DNA from: an uncultured Christensenella sp.
GTDB lineage: Bacteria; Bacillota; Clostridia; Christensenellales; UBA3700
Assembly (NCBI GenBank): GCA_910584975.1
Contig: CAJUEA010000001.1
Span: forward strand, 127,127-191,126
DNA: 64,000 nucleotides
Direction of reading: 5' to 3'
A model generated the notes under the pieces. The model saw nothing but the letters and a program-made list of their open reading frames with translations. It was not told the DNA's origin and did no database searches. Within the stretch, counting starts at the first letter, position 1. Every line of letters starts with the position of its first letter. The translations under genes were made by a program, and so were the position numbers. This document shows, one piece after another, positions 28,949 to 39,111 of the stretch.

Positions 28949-29899
28949 TTATTTCTTTCTGCTTACTGCCTCTTTTGCTTTCTCAATAATGTCTTGTTCT
29001 GTCAAATGCATAACTTCTGCCAAATATGCCTCTTTTCCAACTTCGCCATATCTGTCGCCAATACCAACTCTTGTCATTGGAATTAGCACATCATTTTGCA
29101 TAAGCAGTGCAGCAACTTCCGAGCCAAGTCCACCAATAAGGTGATGATTTTCACAAGTAACAACAGCACCTGTTTCACGGCAAGCATTAAGAATTGTTTC
29201 TGTGTCAAGTGGCTTGTATGTGTGAAGGGCAATAACTCTTGCGCTGATTCCTTGTTGTTTTAAAAGTGCTGCGGCAGTCCTTGCACGATGAACCATAATT
29301 CCACAAGCAATAATTGTAACATCACTACCTTCAACAATAGTGTTTGCTTTGAACAAGTCAATTTTTGCATTATCGTCATAAATAGCAGGTGTCTTTTTTC
29401 TTTGCAAACGGATATACATAGGCTTGTCGCAGTTTAAAATTTGAGGGAAAAGTTTGTCAAGACAAACGCAATCACATGGCTCAACAACAATCATATCAGG
29501 CACTTGTGTCATAAGAGCAACATCCTCAAAGCTCATATGTGTTCCACCATTTACTTGTGCCATAATTCCCGGGTCAGTGCCTACGATTTTAACATTTTGT
29601 TTTGTGTAGCCAACGCTAACAGCAATTTGGTCATAGCATCTTCTTGTTGCAAATGGACTGAAAGAAGAGCAGAATGGCACTTTGCCACAGCTAGCAAGTC
29701 CTGCTGCCACGCCAATCATATTTGCCTCTGCAATACCACAGTTAATAAAACGCCTTGGAAAAGTATCTCTGAATTTGCCTGTGCCTATGCAGTTCATAAG
29801 GTCTGCCTCAAGCACCACAATTCTTCTGTCAAGCTTTGAATATTTAATAAGATTGTCAACATAAACTTGACGCATCTCTTTATTTTGAATATCGCTCAT
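28949..29899 (-). CDS. Transketolase, C-terminal (pyrimidine-binding) subunit
   Basis: Split-transketolase subunit B pattern (…GIAEANMIGVAAGLA…GGTHMSFEDVALM…); ATG 29899 follows GGAGGT and overlaps the upstream stop as ATGA. Confidence 0.9.
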   Translation of the reverse strand: MSDIQNKEMRQVYVDNLIKYSKLDRRIVVLEADLMNCIGTGKFRDTFPRRFINCGIAEANMIGVAAGLASCGKVPFCSSFSPFATRRCYDQIAVSVGYTKQNVKIVGTDPGIMAQVNGGTHMSFEDVALMTQVPDMIVVEPCDCVCLDKLFPQILNCDKPMYIRLQRKKTPAIYDDNAKIDLFKANTIVEGSDVTIIACGIMVHRARTAAALLKQQGISARVIALHTYKPLDTETILNACRETGAVVTCENHHLIGGLGSEVAALLMQNDVLIPMTRVGIGDRYGEVGKEAYLAEVMHLTEQDIIEKAKEAVSRKK

Positions 29900-30717
29900 T
29901 TCAGTACCTCCCCAGTGCATTCGTTAGCAAGCATTTCTGGTGTAAAGCTTACGCTGTGTGATTTGTAATGTCCTTCGCAACATTTAATGCCTTTGCCTTT
30001 GATTGTGTTAAGCACAATTGCTGTTGTCATACGAGACCTGTTACATTTTTCAATTGTTTCAATGATTTCCTCAATATTGTGTCCATCAACTGTGTAAACT
30101 TTAAAACCAAAAGCACGCAACTTTGACTCAAAAGGTTCAACTTTGCAAACTTCGTCAGTAGTGCCGTCAATTTGCATTTTGTTGTTGTCAATGATAACAG
30201 TAAAGCGAGTTAAGCGTTTAGCACCTGCAAGCATAAGAGCTTCCCAAACTTGTCCTTCTTGACTTTCTCCATCTCCAACAATAGCATAAGTGCGATATTT
30301 TTTGCCTGAAATTTTGCCGTTCAATGCCATACCTACAGCAGCAGAAATACCTTGACCTAAGGAGCCAGCTGTAAAGTCAACGCCAGGAACTTTAAGCATA
30401 TCTGCGTGTGATGGCAATGATGTACCATTTTGATTTAGAGTAAGCAACAATTTTTTGTCAAAATATCCTCTTGCTGCAAGGGCAGAATAAAGTCCCGGAG
30501 CAGCGTGACCTTTGGAAAGAACAATTCTGTCTCTGTTTGGGTCGTTTGGATTTTGTGGGTCGATATTGGCACACTTAAAGTAAAGTGCAGTCAAAAGTTC
30601 AATTATGCTTGATGAGCCGCCGATATGACCAACGCCAAAGTTTGCGATGCACTCAATGCACATTTTGCGAATTAAATCAGCCTTTTGGTAAAGGCTTTCA
30701 ATAGTGCTTGTTTCCAT
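29896..30717 (-). CDS. Transketolase, N-terminal (TPP-binding) subunit
   Basis: GHIGGSSS, SKGHAAPGLY, GSLGQGIS, VGDGESQEG motifs. Confidence 0.9.
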   Translation of the reverse strand: METSTIESLYQKADLIRKMCIECIANFGVGHIGGSSSIIELLTALYFKCANIDPQNPNDPNRDRIVLSKGHAAPGLYSALAARGYFDKKLLLTLNQNGTSLPSHADMLKVPGVDFTAGSLGQGISAAVGMALNGKISGKKYRTYAIVGDGESQEGQVWEALMLAGAKRLTRFTVIIDNNKMQIDGTTDEVCKVEPFESKLRAFGFKVYTVDGHNIEEIIETIEKCNRSRMTTAIVLNTIKGKGIKCCEGHYKSHSVSFTPEMLANECTGEVLK

Positions 30718-31058
30718 TTTAAACTCCTGAAATAAGTAAATAGTAGTTTTAATTTTTTTGTATTGCTTGTTTTCTCAAACATTTACAATAACTACGCCAT
30801 TATTATAATATAAAATAATTATTATTTCAAGTCATTTGAGGCTGTTTTTGCAAAATATTATTCTTTTTATTTTTTTGTCACAAAAAGACGAATTAAAGTA
30901 AACTTTATCATAATTTTAAAGGAATTTTTTGGGAATATAAATGCAAAAATCTTTTTTTAATTTTAAAATCTGCATTAATCAAGCATTAAAAAATAATAGT
31001 GTGCAATAAAACAAATAATTTTGCAAAAATTTCTTATACTAACACAAAGGAGGTGCAT

Positions 31059-32015
31059 ATGGCAAAAAATAATGGTAAATTTACTTTCTTTTTAATACTT
31101 TGCATTTTGGTTGTAGCAGTAATTTTGATTATGGGCGTTAGTGAAAATAACAAAATCAGCAAGGCAAGCAGTTTTGGCATATCCAATAACAACAATGCAA
31201 ACAAACAGGCTTGTGCGTCAAGTGAGCTGTCAAAAACAAATAATAACGCAAACAAAAGCTCAAAACAAGAAAATTCTATTGAATTATTATGCCTTATGTA
31301 TCACAATGTGGTGGCAGACAATCAAAAACAAGGCAGTTACGAGATAAGAGTTTCTGCGTTGGAAAAAGATTTTGTTGAATTAAAAAAAATGGGTTATCAA
31401 TGTGTGGATAGGAAAAATCTTTTGAGCATAACTGACAAAAAAAGATATGGCAAATATGTTATGATTACTTTTGATGATGGTTTTTATGGTGTATACAAAT
31501 ACCTGCCAAAACTTTTGGAAAAGTATGATATGAGTTGTATTGTTTCCGTGGTTGGGGAGTTTATGGATATTGCCGACAAACAAAATTATAAATCAAGATG
31601 TAGCTATATGAACACAAAAGAAGTGAAAGAACTTGCAAAAAATCAAAGGATAGAAATTGCTCATCACTCCTACAATATGCATCACTTTGACAAAGATAGG
31701 CAAGGTGTAAAAATCAAACAAAATGAAAATGCAGAAGAATACGAAAGCAAACTGATGGATGACACCAAAAATCTAAACAACAAACTTCGTGGCATTGGGA
31801 TTAGTGCAAAAACTTATTGCTATCCTTTTGGTGCTTATTGCAAGGAAAGTGAAAGATTGTTTAAAGAGCTCAATTATCAAATGACAATGACCTGCAATGA
31901 AAAGATAAATTATATTAAGGACAGAAATTCATTGTATTTGATTGGCAGAATAAATCGTTCGGCAAATTATGAAAATATCAGCAATATGCTTTTGAAAACT
32001 TGCAATAAAAAATAA
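31059..32015 (+). CDS. Membrane-anchored polysaccharide deacetylase (NodB family)
   Basis: N-terminal TM helix, MITFDDGF (TFDD motif), IAHHSYNMH; ATG 31059 follows AAGGAGG. Confidence 0.75.
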   Translation: MAKNNGKFTFFLILCILVVAVILIMGVSENNKISKASSFGISNNNNANKQACASSELSKTNNNANKSSKQENSIELLCLMYHNVVADNQKQGSYEIRVSALEKDFVELKKMGYQCVDRKNLLSITDKKRYGKYVMITFDDGFYGVYKYLPKLLEKYDMSCIVSVVGEFMDIADKQNYKSRCSYMNTKEVKELAKNQRIEIAHHSYNMHHFDKDRQGVKIKQNENAEEYESKLMDDTKNLNNKLRGIGISAKTYCYPFGAYCKESERLFKELNYQMTMTCNEKINYIKDRNSLYLIGRINRSANYENISNMLLKTCNKK

Positions 32016-32034
32016 AATATGTTATTGTTGTGGT

Positions 32035-32931
32035 ATGGAAAGGATTTTGGAGTATATAGCTAACGATAATTGCACTGTGGAAAAATTGCTTAAAAGCAAA
32101 GGTTATTCCAGCAGAATATGCAATTTATTAAAAAAAGAACTGGGCTTGGTGTGTGTGAATGACAAGCCTGTTTTTGTTACTGCAAAGGTGGAAAGTGGAG
32201 ATAAAATTAAAGTAATTTTAAAAGAAAACCCTTCGAAAATCGACCCATTTGATTGTTTTGTGGATATAATTTATGAGGATGAAGATATTGCAATAATAAA
32301 CAAGAATGCAGGAATTGCTGTTATTGCAACCAATGCTCATTATGGCAAAAGTCTTATGAATGCACTTGCCAATGTGTGGGGAGATTTTGTTTTTCATCCT
32401 GTAAATAGGTTGGATAAAGGCACAAGTGGAGTTATGATTGTAGCAAAAAATGCTCTTTCGCATAGTATATTATCAGCGAGAATTGCAGAGGATAAGCAAA
32501 AGATACAAAAAAATGTGCAAAGAGAATATCTTGCATTGGTGCATAACTTTGGCGATATTTTAACAGGTGAGGGAGAAATTGTTGCAGATATTGGCATACC
32601 TTTTGGCAATAGCCTTGTAAGAGGAGTTGTGAGAGAAGGTGGCAAATATGCAAAAACATATTACAAAGTTTTGCAAAGTTGTGAGCAGTTCAGTTTGGTA
32701 AGACTTGTGCTTGCAACAGGCAGAACACATCAAATAAGGGTGCATATGTCGCACATTGGACACCCACTTTTGGGAGATGATTTGTATGGAGGCAAGCTAG
32801 ATTTGATTGAACGCCCAGCATTGCACAGTGAAAAAATTTCTTTTTGCCATCCAATAACAGGAGAAAAAATGGAGTTTATCGCACCACTTCCTGATGATAT
32901 GCGTGATATTGTAGATAAAATATTAAAATGA
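32035..32931 (+). CDS. RluA-family 23S rRNA pseudouridine synthase with N-terminal S4-like domain
   Basis: NRLDKGTSGVMIVAK catalytic Asp motif, GRTHQIRVHM. Confidence 0.85.
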   Translation: MERILEYIANDNCTVEKLLKSKGYSSRICNLLKKELGLVCVNDKPVFVTAKVESGDKIKVILKENPSKIDPFDCFVDIIYEDEDIAIINKNAGIAVIATNAHYGKSLMNALANVWGDFVFHPVNRLDKGTSGVMIVAKNALSHSILSARIAEDKQKIQKNVQREYLALVHNFGDILTGEGEIVADIGIPFGNSLVRGVVREGGKYAKTYYKVLQSCEQFSLVRLVLATGRTHQIRVHMSHIGHPLLGDDLYGGKLDLIERPALHSEKISFCHPITGEKMEFIAPLPDDMRDIVDKILK

Positions 32932-33044
32932 CTATAAAAAGATAAACATATAAAATATTTTTAATATTGTAAGAGATTAGACAAAAAAAGCAGATATATG
33001 TTGCTAAAATATTGTAAAATCAGTTGACAAACAAAAAATAAAAT

Positions 33045-33073
33045 GTTAGTATACTAACTGTTAGTATGCTAAC
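33045..33073 (+). promoter_or_regulatory. Two tandem palindromic operator-like sites upstream of the MarR gene
   Basis: GTTAGTATACTAAC (33045-33058, perfect 14-bp palindrome) and GTTAGTATGCTAAC (33060-33073), just downstream of TTGACA (33024-33029). Confidence 0.55.
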
Positions 33074-33100
33074 AAATTTTTATAATCGGGAATTAAATCA

Positions 33101-33550
33101 ATGTTAAATTATTTTCAAGACGATATTTTACAAGTGGTAAATTTGATAAGGCACAAAATTAATGAATCTGAAAAATTGAATGTAATTGACAAAGAAATAT
33201 CACGCAGGCAAGCGGCTGTTATCGGCATTATTGACGAGAGTCAAGGCAAGCCTGTTTTTCAAAAAGACATAAGCTGTCGATTGAGAATTAGGCGTTCCAC
33301 AGCCACAAGTATGTTGCAAGATATGGAAAAAGATGGGCTTATTATCAGAGAACCAGTTGGAAATGATTTGAGATTGAAAAAATTGGTTTTGACCGAAAAA
33401 TCTATGCGATATGCATTGATGATAAGAGAAGAGTTTACATTAATTGAAGATAGTATTATTAGAGGTTTTTCCGAAGAAGAAAAACTTCAATTGCGTAAAT
33501 ATTTGGAAAGAATAAAAGAAAATTTGACTGAAGAAAGGAGGCAGAGATGA
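33101..33550 (+). CDS. MarR family transcriptional regulator
   Basis: Winged-helix region …RRQAAVIGIIDES…ISCRLRIRRSTATSMLQDMEKDGLIIREP…; stop overlaps ABC gene start. Confidence 0.8.
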   Translation: MLNYFQDDILQVVNLIRHKINESEKLNVIDKEISRRQAAVIGIIDESQGKPVFQKDISCRLRIRRSTATSMLQDMEKDGLIIREPVGNDLRLKKLVLTEKSMRYALMIREEFTLIEDSIIRGFSEEEKLQLRKYLERIKENLTEERRQR

Positions 33551-35286
33551 TAAAAGAATTACTAAAACATGCACGATCTTCATTGAAATATACTTTAATT
33601 ACACCTTGCCTTGTGGCATTGGAAGTTGTGGTTGAAGTTATGATACCATATGTGACAAGTGCATTAATAGACAACGGAATACAAAAAGGAAATATGCGAT
33701 ATGTTGGCATTGCAAGTGTAATTTTGTTGGCACTTGCTGCAACAGGAATGTTGCTGGGCATTTTATCCGGCTGGTCGGCAACAAAAGGCAGCACAGGTTT
33801 TGCAAAAAATTTGATGGATGATATGTATGCTAATATTCAAAACTTTTCATTCAGTAATATTGATAAGTTTTCAACATCCAGCCTAATCACAAGGCTTACA
33901 ACAGATGTAATGAATGTTAGGCAGTCATATCAAATGACATCAAGGCTTGCAACTAGATGTCCAATAATGCTTATTATGTCAGTTATAATGGCGTTTACAA
34001 TAAGCCCAAAAATAGCTTGGATATATCTTGCTGTTGCACCTGTGTTGATGATTGGATTGTTGTTGATTATCAAATTCGCATTCCCACTATTTGAAAAAGT
34101 ATTCAAAAATTATGACAAAATGAATTTGGTAGTGCGCGAGAATGTTAAAGGTGTGAGAGTCGTAAAATCTTTCAACTCTCAAGAAAAAGAAATTGACAAA
34201 TTTAAAGGTGCATCTGGTGATATCTTTAAAAACTATAGTAGGGCAGAAAGATTGCTTGCATTAAACTCTCCACTTATGCAAATTTGTGTCTACACTTGTA
34301 TGATACTAATATCTTGGTTCTGTGCAAAATACATAGTTGCTGGAGATTTGGAGGTTGGTGCATTAACAGCTCTTATTTCATACACAATGTCAATACTAAT
34401 CAGTTTGATGATGTTTTCAATGGTATTTGTAATGATTACAATATCAAAAGCAAGTGCAGAGCGTATTGTTGAGGTGTTGCGTGAAGAACCTAGCATTGTC
34501 AATCCAGAAAATCCTGTTTATGATGTGGAAAACGGAGATATAGAGTTTAAAAATGTTGGGTTCAGCTATGTTGGCGATTGCAACAAAGAGTGTATGTCAA
34601 ACATCAATTTGTCAATTAAAAGTGGCGAAATGATTGGTATTTTGGGTGGAACAGGCAGTGGTAAAACAACTTTGGTAAGTATGTTGCCAAGGCTTTACGA
34701 CGCAACCAGTGGTGAGGTTATTGTTGGTGGACACAATGTTAAGGAATATGACATAAAAGCATTGCGTGATAGCGTAAGCGTGGTGTTGCAAAAGAATGTG
34801 CTGTTCAGTGGTACTCTTCGTGACAATATGAAATGGGGTAACCCAGATGTTACTGACGAGCAGATTGCAGAGGCACTTGAAATTGCATCGGCAACAGATT
34901 TTGTAAACGGCTTTGCAGATGGCTATGACCATTACATTGAGCAAGGTGGCAGCAATTTGTCCGGTGGTCAAAAGCAAAGACTTTGCATTGCAAGAGCTCT
35001 TATCAAAAACCCTAAAATCTTGATTCTTGATGACTCAACAAGTGCTGTTGACACTGCAACTGACAGAAAAATCAAACAAGGATTAAGAGAAACAAAGGCA
35101 AGCACAACAAAACTGATTATTGCACAAAGAATTTCTTCTGTGCAAGATGCAGACAAAATTATCGTTATTGATAACGGCAAGATAAATGGTGTGGGAACTC
35201 ATGATGAACTTATGAAAACAAACACAATTTATCAAGAGGTATATCAATCTCAAGTTAAAGGAGGGGACGACAATGAAAACGACTAA
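33547..35286 (+). CDS. ABC exporter, fused permease/ATPase (multidrug-type), subunit 1
   Basis: 6-TM N-terminal domain; Walker A GGTGSGKTT, signature LSGGQKQR, Walker B ILILDD. Confidence 0.9.
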   Translation: MIKELLKHARSSLKYTLITPCLVALEVVVEVMIPYVTSALIDNGIQKGNMRYVGIASVILLALAATGMLLGILSGWSATKGSTGFAKNLMDDMYANIQNFSFSNIDKFSTSSLITRLTTDVMNVRQSYQMTSRLATRCPIMLIMSVIMAFTISPKIAWIYLAVAPVLMIGLLLIIKFAFPLFEKVFKNYDKMNLVVRENVKGVRVVKSFNSQEKEIDKFKGASGDIFKNYSRAERLLALNSPLMQICVYTCMILISWFCAKYIVAGDLEVGALTALISYTMSILISLMMFSMVFVMITISKASAERIVEVLREEPSIVNPENPVYDVENGDIEFKNVGFSYVGDCNKECMSNINLSIKSGEMIGILGGTGSGKTTLVSMLPRLYDATSGEVIVGGHNVKEYDIKALRDSVSVVLQKNVLFSGTLRDNMKWGNPDVTDEQIAEALEIASATDFVNGFADGYDHYIEQGGSNLSGGQKQRLCIARALIKNPKILILDDSTSAVDTATDRKIKQGLRETKASTTKLIIAQRISSVQDADKIIVIDNGKINGVGTHDELMKTNTIYQEVYQSQVKGGDDNEND

Positions 35287-37174
35287 AACCCTTCAAAAAT
35301 CGGAACTAAAAAACAAAAAAGATAAACAACCAAACACAATAGGCTTGATTTTTAAGGCTGTGTTCAAAAAATATAAAGGCTTATTCACAGTGGTTGTAAT
35401 CGGCATAGTTTTATCTGCTTTGGCAGGTGTTATTGGCTCAATGTTTATTCAAACTTTGATTGCAGATTACATTGAACCACTAAAAGTTATGGAAAATCCT
35501 GATTTCAGTGGTTTGATAACAGCATTGCTTTACATGGCAGGAATTTATCTTGCAGGTGCATTATGCGCGTTGCTTTACAATCAACTTATGATTGTTATTT
35601 CACAAAACACAATGCGCAATATTCGTAATGATATGTTTATCAAAATGCAAAAACTGCCTGTTAAGTATTTTGACACAAAAAATAACGGCGATATAATGAG
35701 TTATTTTTCCAACGATACCGATACAATGCAACAGCTTTTGTCACAAGGTATTCCACAACTTATCAACCTTATCACAACAATGATTGCAGTAATGGTTTCA
35801 ATGTTCATTTTAAGCCCTATTTTGGCAGGTTGCACAATAGTTTATGGCGTAATAATGATGTTTGTTGCAAAAACTATTGGTGGCAAGTCAGTCAAATACT
35901 TTGCAGGACAACAAAAGTCAATCAGTGAAGTAAACAGCTATGTTGAGGAAATGATTGGTGGACAAAGAGTTGTTAAAGTGTTCAATCACGAGGAAGTTTG
36001 TAAAAATGAATTTGCACAAATAAATGACAGATGGCGTGATGCAAGTTTCAGAGCAGTTAAGCTTGCTTGCACAATAATGCCTATCATGAGTGGTATGGGA
36101 CATTTGCTTTATGTGCTTATTGCTTTGATTGGTGGTTCTCTTGTCATATTCGGTGTTGCAGGAACAAGCTTGGCAGCAGTTGTGGCATTTTTGCCAATTT
36201 CAAGGTCATTCATAATGCCAATCAACCAGTTTGCAGAGCAAATAAACAACTTTGCAATGGCAACAGCAGGCTCACGCCGTATATTCCAGATGCTTTCAGA
36301 GGAAGAGGAAGTTGACAAAGGCTATGTAACACTTGTTAAAGGCAAGGAAGTAAATGGCGAGTTTGTGGAGTGCGAGGATGGCGATTGGGCTTGGAAACAC
36401 CCTCACGGCGACGGCACTTTGACATATTCATTGCTACAAGGAAATGTGGAACTTGATCATGTTGACTTTGGCTACACTGAGGATAAGCTTGTTTTAAAAG
36501 ACATCACGATAAATGCAAAAGCTGGCGAAAAAATTGCTTTGGTTGGCTCAACTGGTGCAGGAAAAACAACAATTACAAACTTAATCAACAGATTTTATGA
36601 CATTGACGACGGAAAAATCAGATATGACGGAATTAATATCAACAAAATCAAAAAAGAGGATTTGCGAAAATCTTTAGGTATTGTTTTGCAGGATGTAAAC
36701 TTGTTTAGTGGCACTATTGCAGAAAATATTCGTTATGGCAGGTTTGATGCCACTGACGAAGAGGTTGTAAATGCTTGTAAGCGTGGTGGTGCCCACGAGT
36801 TTATTGAAATGTTGCCTGACAAATACGACACAGTTATTGATGGCGATGGTTCTTCACTTTCTCAAGGACAAAGGCAATTGCTTTCAATCAGCCGTGCGAT
36901 ATTGGCAGACACTCCACTTATGATTTTGGACGAGGCAACCAGCAGTATTGATACAAGAACAGAAGTTTTGGTTCAAAAAGGTATGGATAGTTTGATGCAA
37001 GGCAGAACTTGTTTTGTTATTGCACACAGATTGTCAACCATTCAAAACTCCGATTGCATTATGGTGTTGGAGCATGGCGAGATTATTGAGCGTGGCAATC
37101 ACGAGCAGCTTATTGCAAAGCGTGGCAGATATTATGAGCTTTACAATGGTAAAAAAGCTGAGGAATTGGCTTAA
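35273..37174 (+). CDS. ABC exporter, fused permease/ATPase (multidrug-type), subunit 2
   Basis: 6-TM domain; Walker A GSTGAGKTT, LSQGQRQL, Walker B LMILDE; overlaps subunit 1. Confidence 0.9.
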   Translation: MKTTKTLQKSELKNKKDKQPNTIGLIFKAVFKKYKGLFTVVVIGIVLSALAGVIGSMFIQTLIADYIEPLKVMENPDFSGLITALLYMAGIYLAGALCALLYNQLMIVISQNTMRNIRNDMFIKMQKLPVKYFDTKNNGDIMSYFSNDTDTMQQLLSQGIPQLINLITTMIAVMVSMFILSPILAGCTIVYGVIMMFVAKTIGGKSVKYFAGQQKSISEVNSYVEEMIGGQRVVKVFNHEEVCKNEFAQINDRWRDASFRAVKLACTIMPIMSGMGHLLYVLIALIGGSLVIFGVAGTSLAAVVAFLPISRSFIMPINQFAEQINNFAMATAGSRRIFQMLSEEEEVDKGYVTLVKGKEVNGEFVECEDGDWAWKHPHGDGTLTYSLLQGNVELDHVDFGYTEDKLVLKDITINAKAGEKIALVGSTGAGKTTITNLINRFYDIDDGKIRYDGININKIKKEDLRKSLGIVLQDVNLFSGTIAENIRYGRFDATDEEVVNACKRGGAHEFIEMLPDKYDTVIDGDGSSLSQGQRQLLSISRAILADTPLMILDEATSSIDTRTEVLVQKGMDSLMQGRTCFVIAHRLSTIQNSDCIMVLEHGEIIERGNHEQLIAKRGRYYELYNGKKAEELA

Positions 37175-37176
37175 AC

Positions 37177-37204
37177 AAAAAGCAAGCATTTCGCTTGCTT
37201 TTTG
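37177..37204 (+). terminator. Rho-independent terminator after the ABC operon
   Basis: Stem AAGCAAGC (37180-37187) / GCTTGCTT (37193-37200) then TTT. Confidence 0.75.
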
Positions 37205-37210
37205 CATATG

Positions 37211-37690
37211 TTTTTGTCATCTCAAGCGTAGTCGAGGGATCTCAAACAATGCTTATGTTATTGTCATTTCGAGCTTGTCGAGAAATCTCAAACTATCGCT
37301 CATTGCGACTTTTATAGCGATTTTCTTTTCAGAAAATCAGCTCACTTGCAGTCGAATTCGCTTTTCCCGACCAAACGCAAAGTTCAACTTCGTTGCTCTT
37401 TGGTCGGACTTTATAAGGTTATTTTTATTCTGTATTAATAAGCACAATCCGAGATTCTTCGATTTCGCTATCGCTCCACTCAGAATGACATAATCAATGT
37501 CATCCCGAGCATATGTTTTTGTCATCCCGAGTGTAATTGGACTCCCACAGAATAGTTTTTTGTGGGGGGGTAATGGAGGACTCTGTGATTATGCCTTTGC
37601 TCTTGTCATTTCGAGCTTGTTGAGAAATCTCAAACTTTGCGTATGTTCTTTCATAAGGCTAGTCAAAGAAACTCAAACTTTGAATATTTG
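37211..37690. repeat. Cluster of short interspersed hairpin-forming intergenic repeats (TTGTCATyyyGAG … GAGAAATCTCAAAC family), mixed orientation
   Basis: Units at 37214-37247, 37261-37293, 37499-37510, 37519-37600 (long D-type unit), 37603-37635, degenerate 37647-37678, plus one inverted unit 37449-37490; 37261-37293 and 37603-37635 differ at 1 of 33 nt. Confidence 0.85.
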
Positions 37691-37836
37691 AGTGATTACT
37701 ACAAATTAGGAAAACAATATTAGCAAAAATTTTAAATTGATATTGAAATTTTGTAAAAAATGTTGTATAATAGGTAAAAATAAAAGTATTAATGATAATT
37801 TTGAATAAAAAATTATTGCAATATATGAGGTAAAAT

Positions 37837-38940
37837 ATGTTGATGGATAAAAGAATTGAAAAATTGGCACATGGATTGGTAGATTTTTCCTGCGATGTGC
37901 AAAAAGGCGAAAATGTGCTTATCGAGGCGATTGGCATTGATTATCAGTTGGTGGCTCAACTTGTAAAAGAGGTGTATGCAAAGGGTGCTTATCCTTTTGT
38001 GAACATCACAGATTTGCGAATTAAGCGAGAGTGGATGAAAGGAATGAGCGAGGAGCTTGCAAAAAAATATGCCGATATGGAAATGTACAGAATGAAAGAT
38101 ATGCAAGCATACATTGCAATAAGAGGTGGTTCAAACAATCAAGAGTTGTCTGATGTGGATATGGCAATGTACAACAGAATTATGCGTCCTGTGCTAAATC
38201 AAAGGGTGGATCACACAAAATGGGTGGTGCTTAGATATCCAACTGAATCAATGAGTCAGCAAGCAGGTATGAGTACAGAGGCTTTTGAAGATTTTTATTT
38301 TGATGTGTGCACACTTGACTATAGCAAAATGGATAAGGCAATGACCCCACTTGTGGAACTTATGAACAAAACTGACAAAGTCAGAATTGTTGCAAAAGAT
38401 ACTGATTTGACATTTTCAATCAAAGACATTCCAGCAATCAAGTGCAGTGGTTTGCGAAATATTCCTGACGGAGAAGTTTACACAGCACCAGTTAAAAACA
38501 GCGTAAATGGTGTGATAACTTACAATGTACCGTCTGTGGAAGAGGGCATTAAGTTTGAAAATGTTCGTTTGGAGTTTAAGGACGGGAAGATTATCAAAGC
38601 AACTGCAAACAATACAGAGGCAGTAAACAAGATTTTTGATACTGATGAGGGGGCAAGATATGTGGGCGAGTTTGCATTGGGCGTAAATCCTTACATCACA
38701 AAGGCAATGGGAGATATCTTGTTTGACGAAAAAATAAGTGGTTCAATTCATTTCACACCAGGTCAAAGCTATGAAGATGCACCAAACGGAAACAAATCGG
38801 CTATTCATTGGGATTTGGTTCAAGTTCAAACACCTGAATATGGTGGTGGAGAAATTTATTTTGACGATGTGCTGATAAGAAAAGACGGCTTGTTTGTTCT
38901 TGAAGAATTAAAATGTCTTAACCCAGAAAATTTGAAATAA
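37837..38940 (+). CDS. M29 family aminopeptidase (AmpS/PepS-like)
   Basis: 367 aa; N-terminus …RIEKLAHGLVDFSCDVQKGENVLIEA… and C-terminal …GEFALGVNP…SIHFTPGQSY… match remembered M29 pattern. Confidence 0.75.
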   Translation: MLMDKRIEKLAHGLVDFSCDVQKGENVLIEAIGIDYQLVAQLVKEVYAKGAYPFVNITDLRIKREWMKGMSEELAKKYADMEMYRMKDMQAYIAIRGGSNNQELSDVDMAMYNRIMRPVLNQRVDHTKWVVLRYPTESMSQQAGMSTEAFEDFYFDVCTLDYSKMDKAMTPLVELMNKTDKVRIVAKDTDLTFSIKDIPAIKCSGLRNIPDGEVYTAPVKNSVNGVITYNVPSVEEGIKFENVRLEFKDGKIIKATANNTEAVNKIFDTDEGARYVGEFALGVNPYITKAMGDILFDEKISGSIHFTPGQSYEDAPNGNKSAIHWDLVQVQTPEYGGGEIYFDDVLIRKDGLFVLEELKCLNPENLK

Positions 38941-39111
38941 AAAACGAGTAATTTATCTTTAGTTTTAGATATTCCGACTTTTTGAGAATTTTATTGATAA
39001 AATATTATTTAAAATCTTATAAAAGACTAGACAAATAAACTAATTTTTGGTAAAATAAAAACAATCAATAAAAATTATGCCTATTCTTAGGCGATTTGGA
39101 GGATAAATATA

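Noticed and set aside
28949-30717. Split transketolase as a possible pseudogene or frameshift
   Set aside because: Two-subunit transketolases with an ATGA-coupled junction are a normal arrangement in many anaerobes. Both halves are intact with all motifs.
37211-37690. Possible CRISPR array, because of closely spaced similar ~33-nt units
   Set aside because: Units differ in length and sequence, spacing is irregular (0 to ~150 nt), one unit is inverted, copies are scattered singly elsewhere, and no cas genes are present.
37014-37691. Tracked ORFs 37014..37493 (+), 37497..37691 (+) and 37337..37525 (-) spanning the region after the ABC operon
   Set aside because: They begin inside or out of frame with the ABC gene and are translations of the tandem intergenic repeats (VISSLSRNLKL / VIPSVIGLPQ peptides). 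They have no RBS and no protein-like composition.
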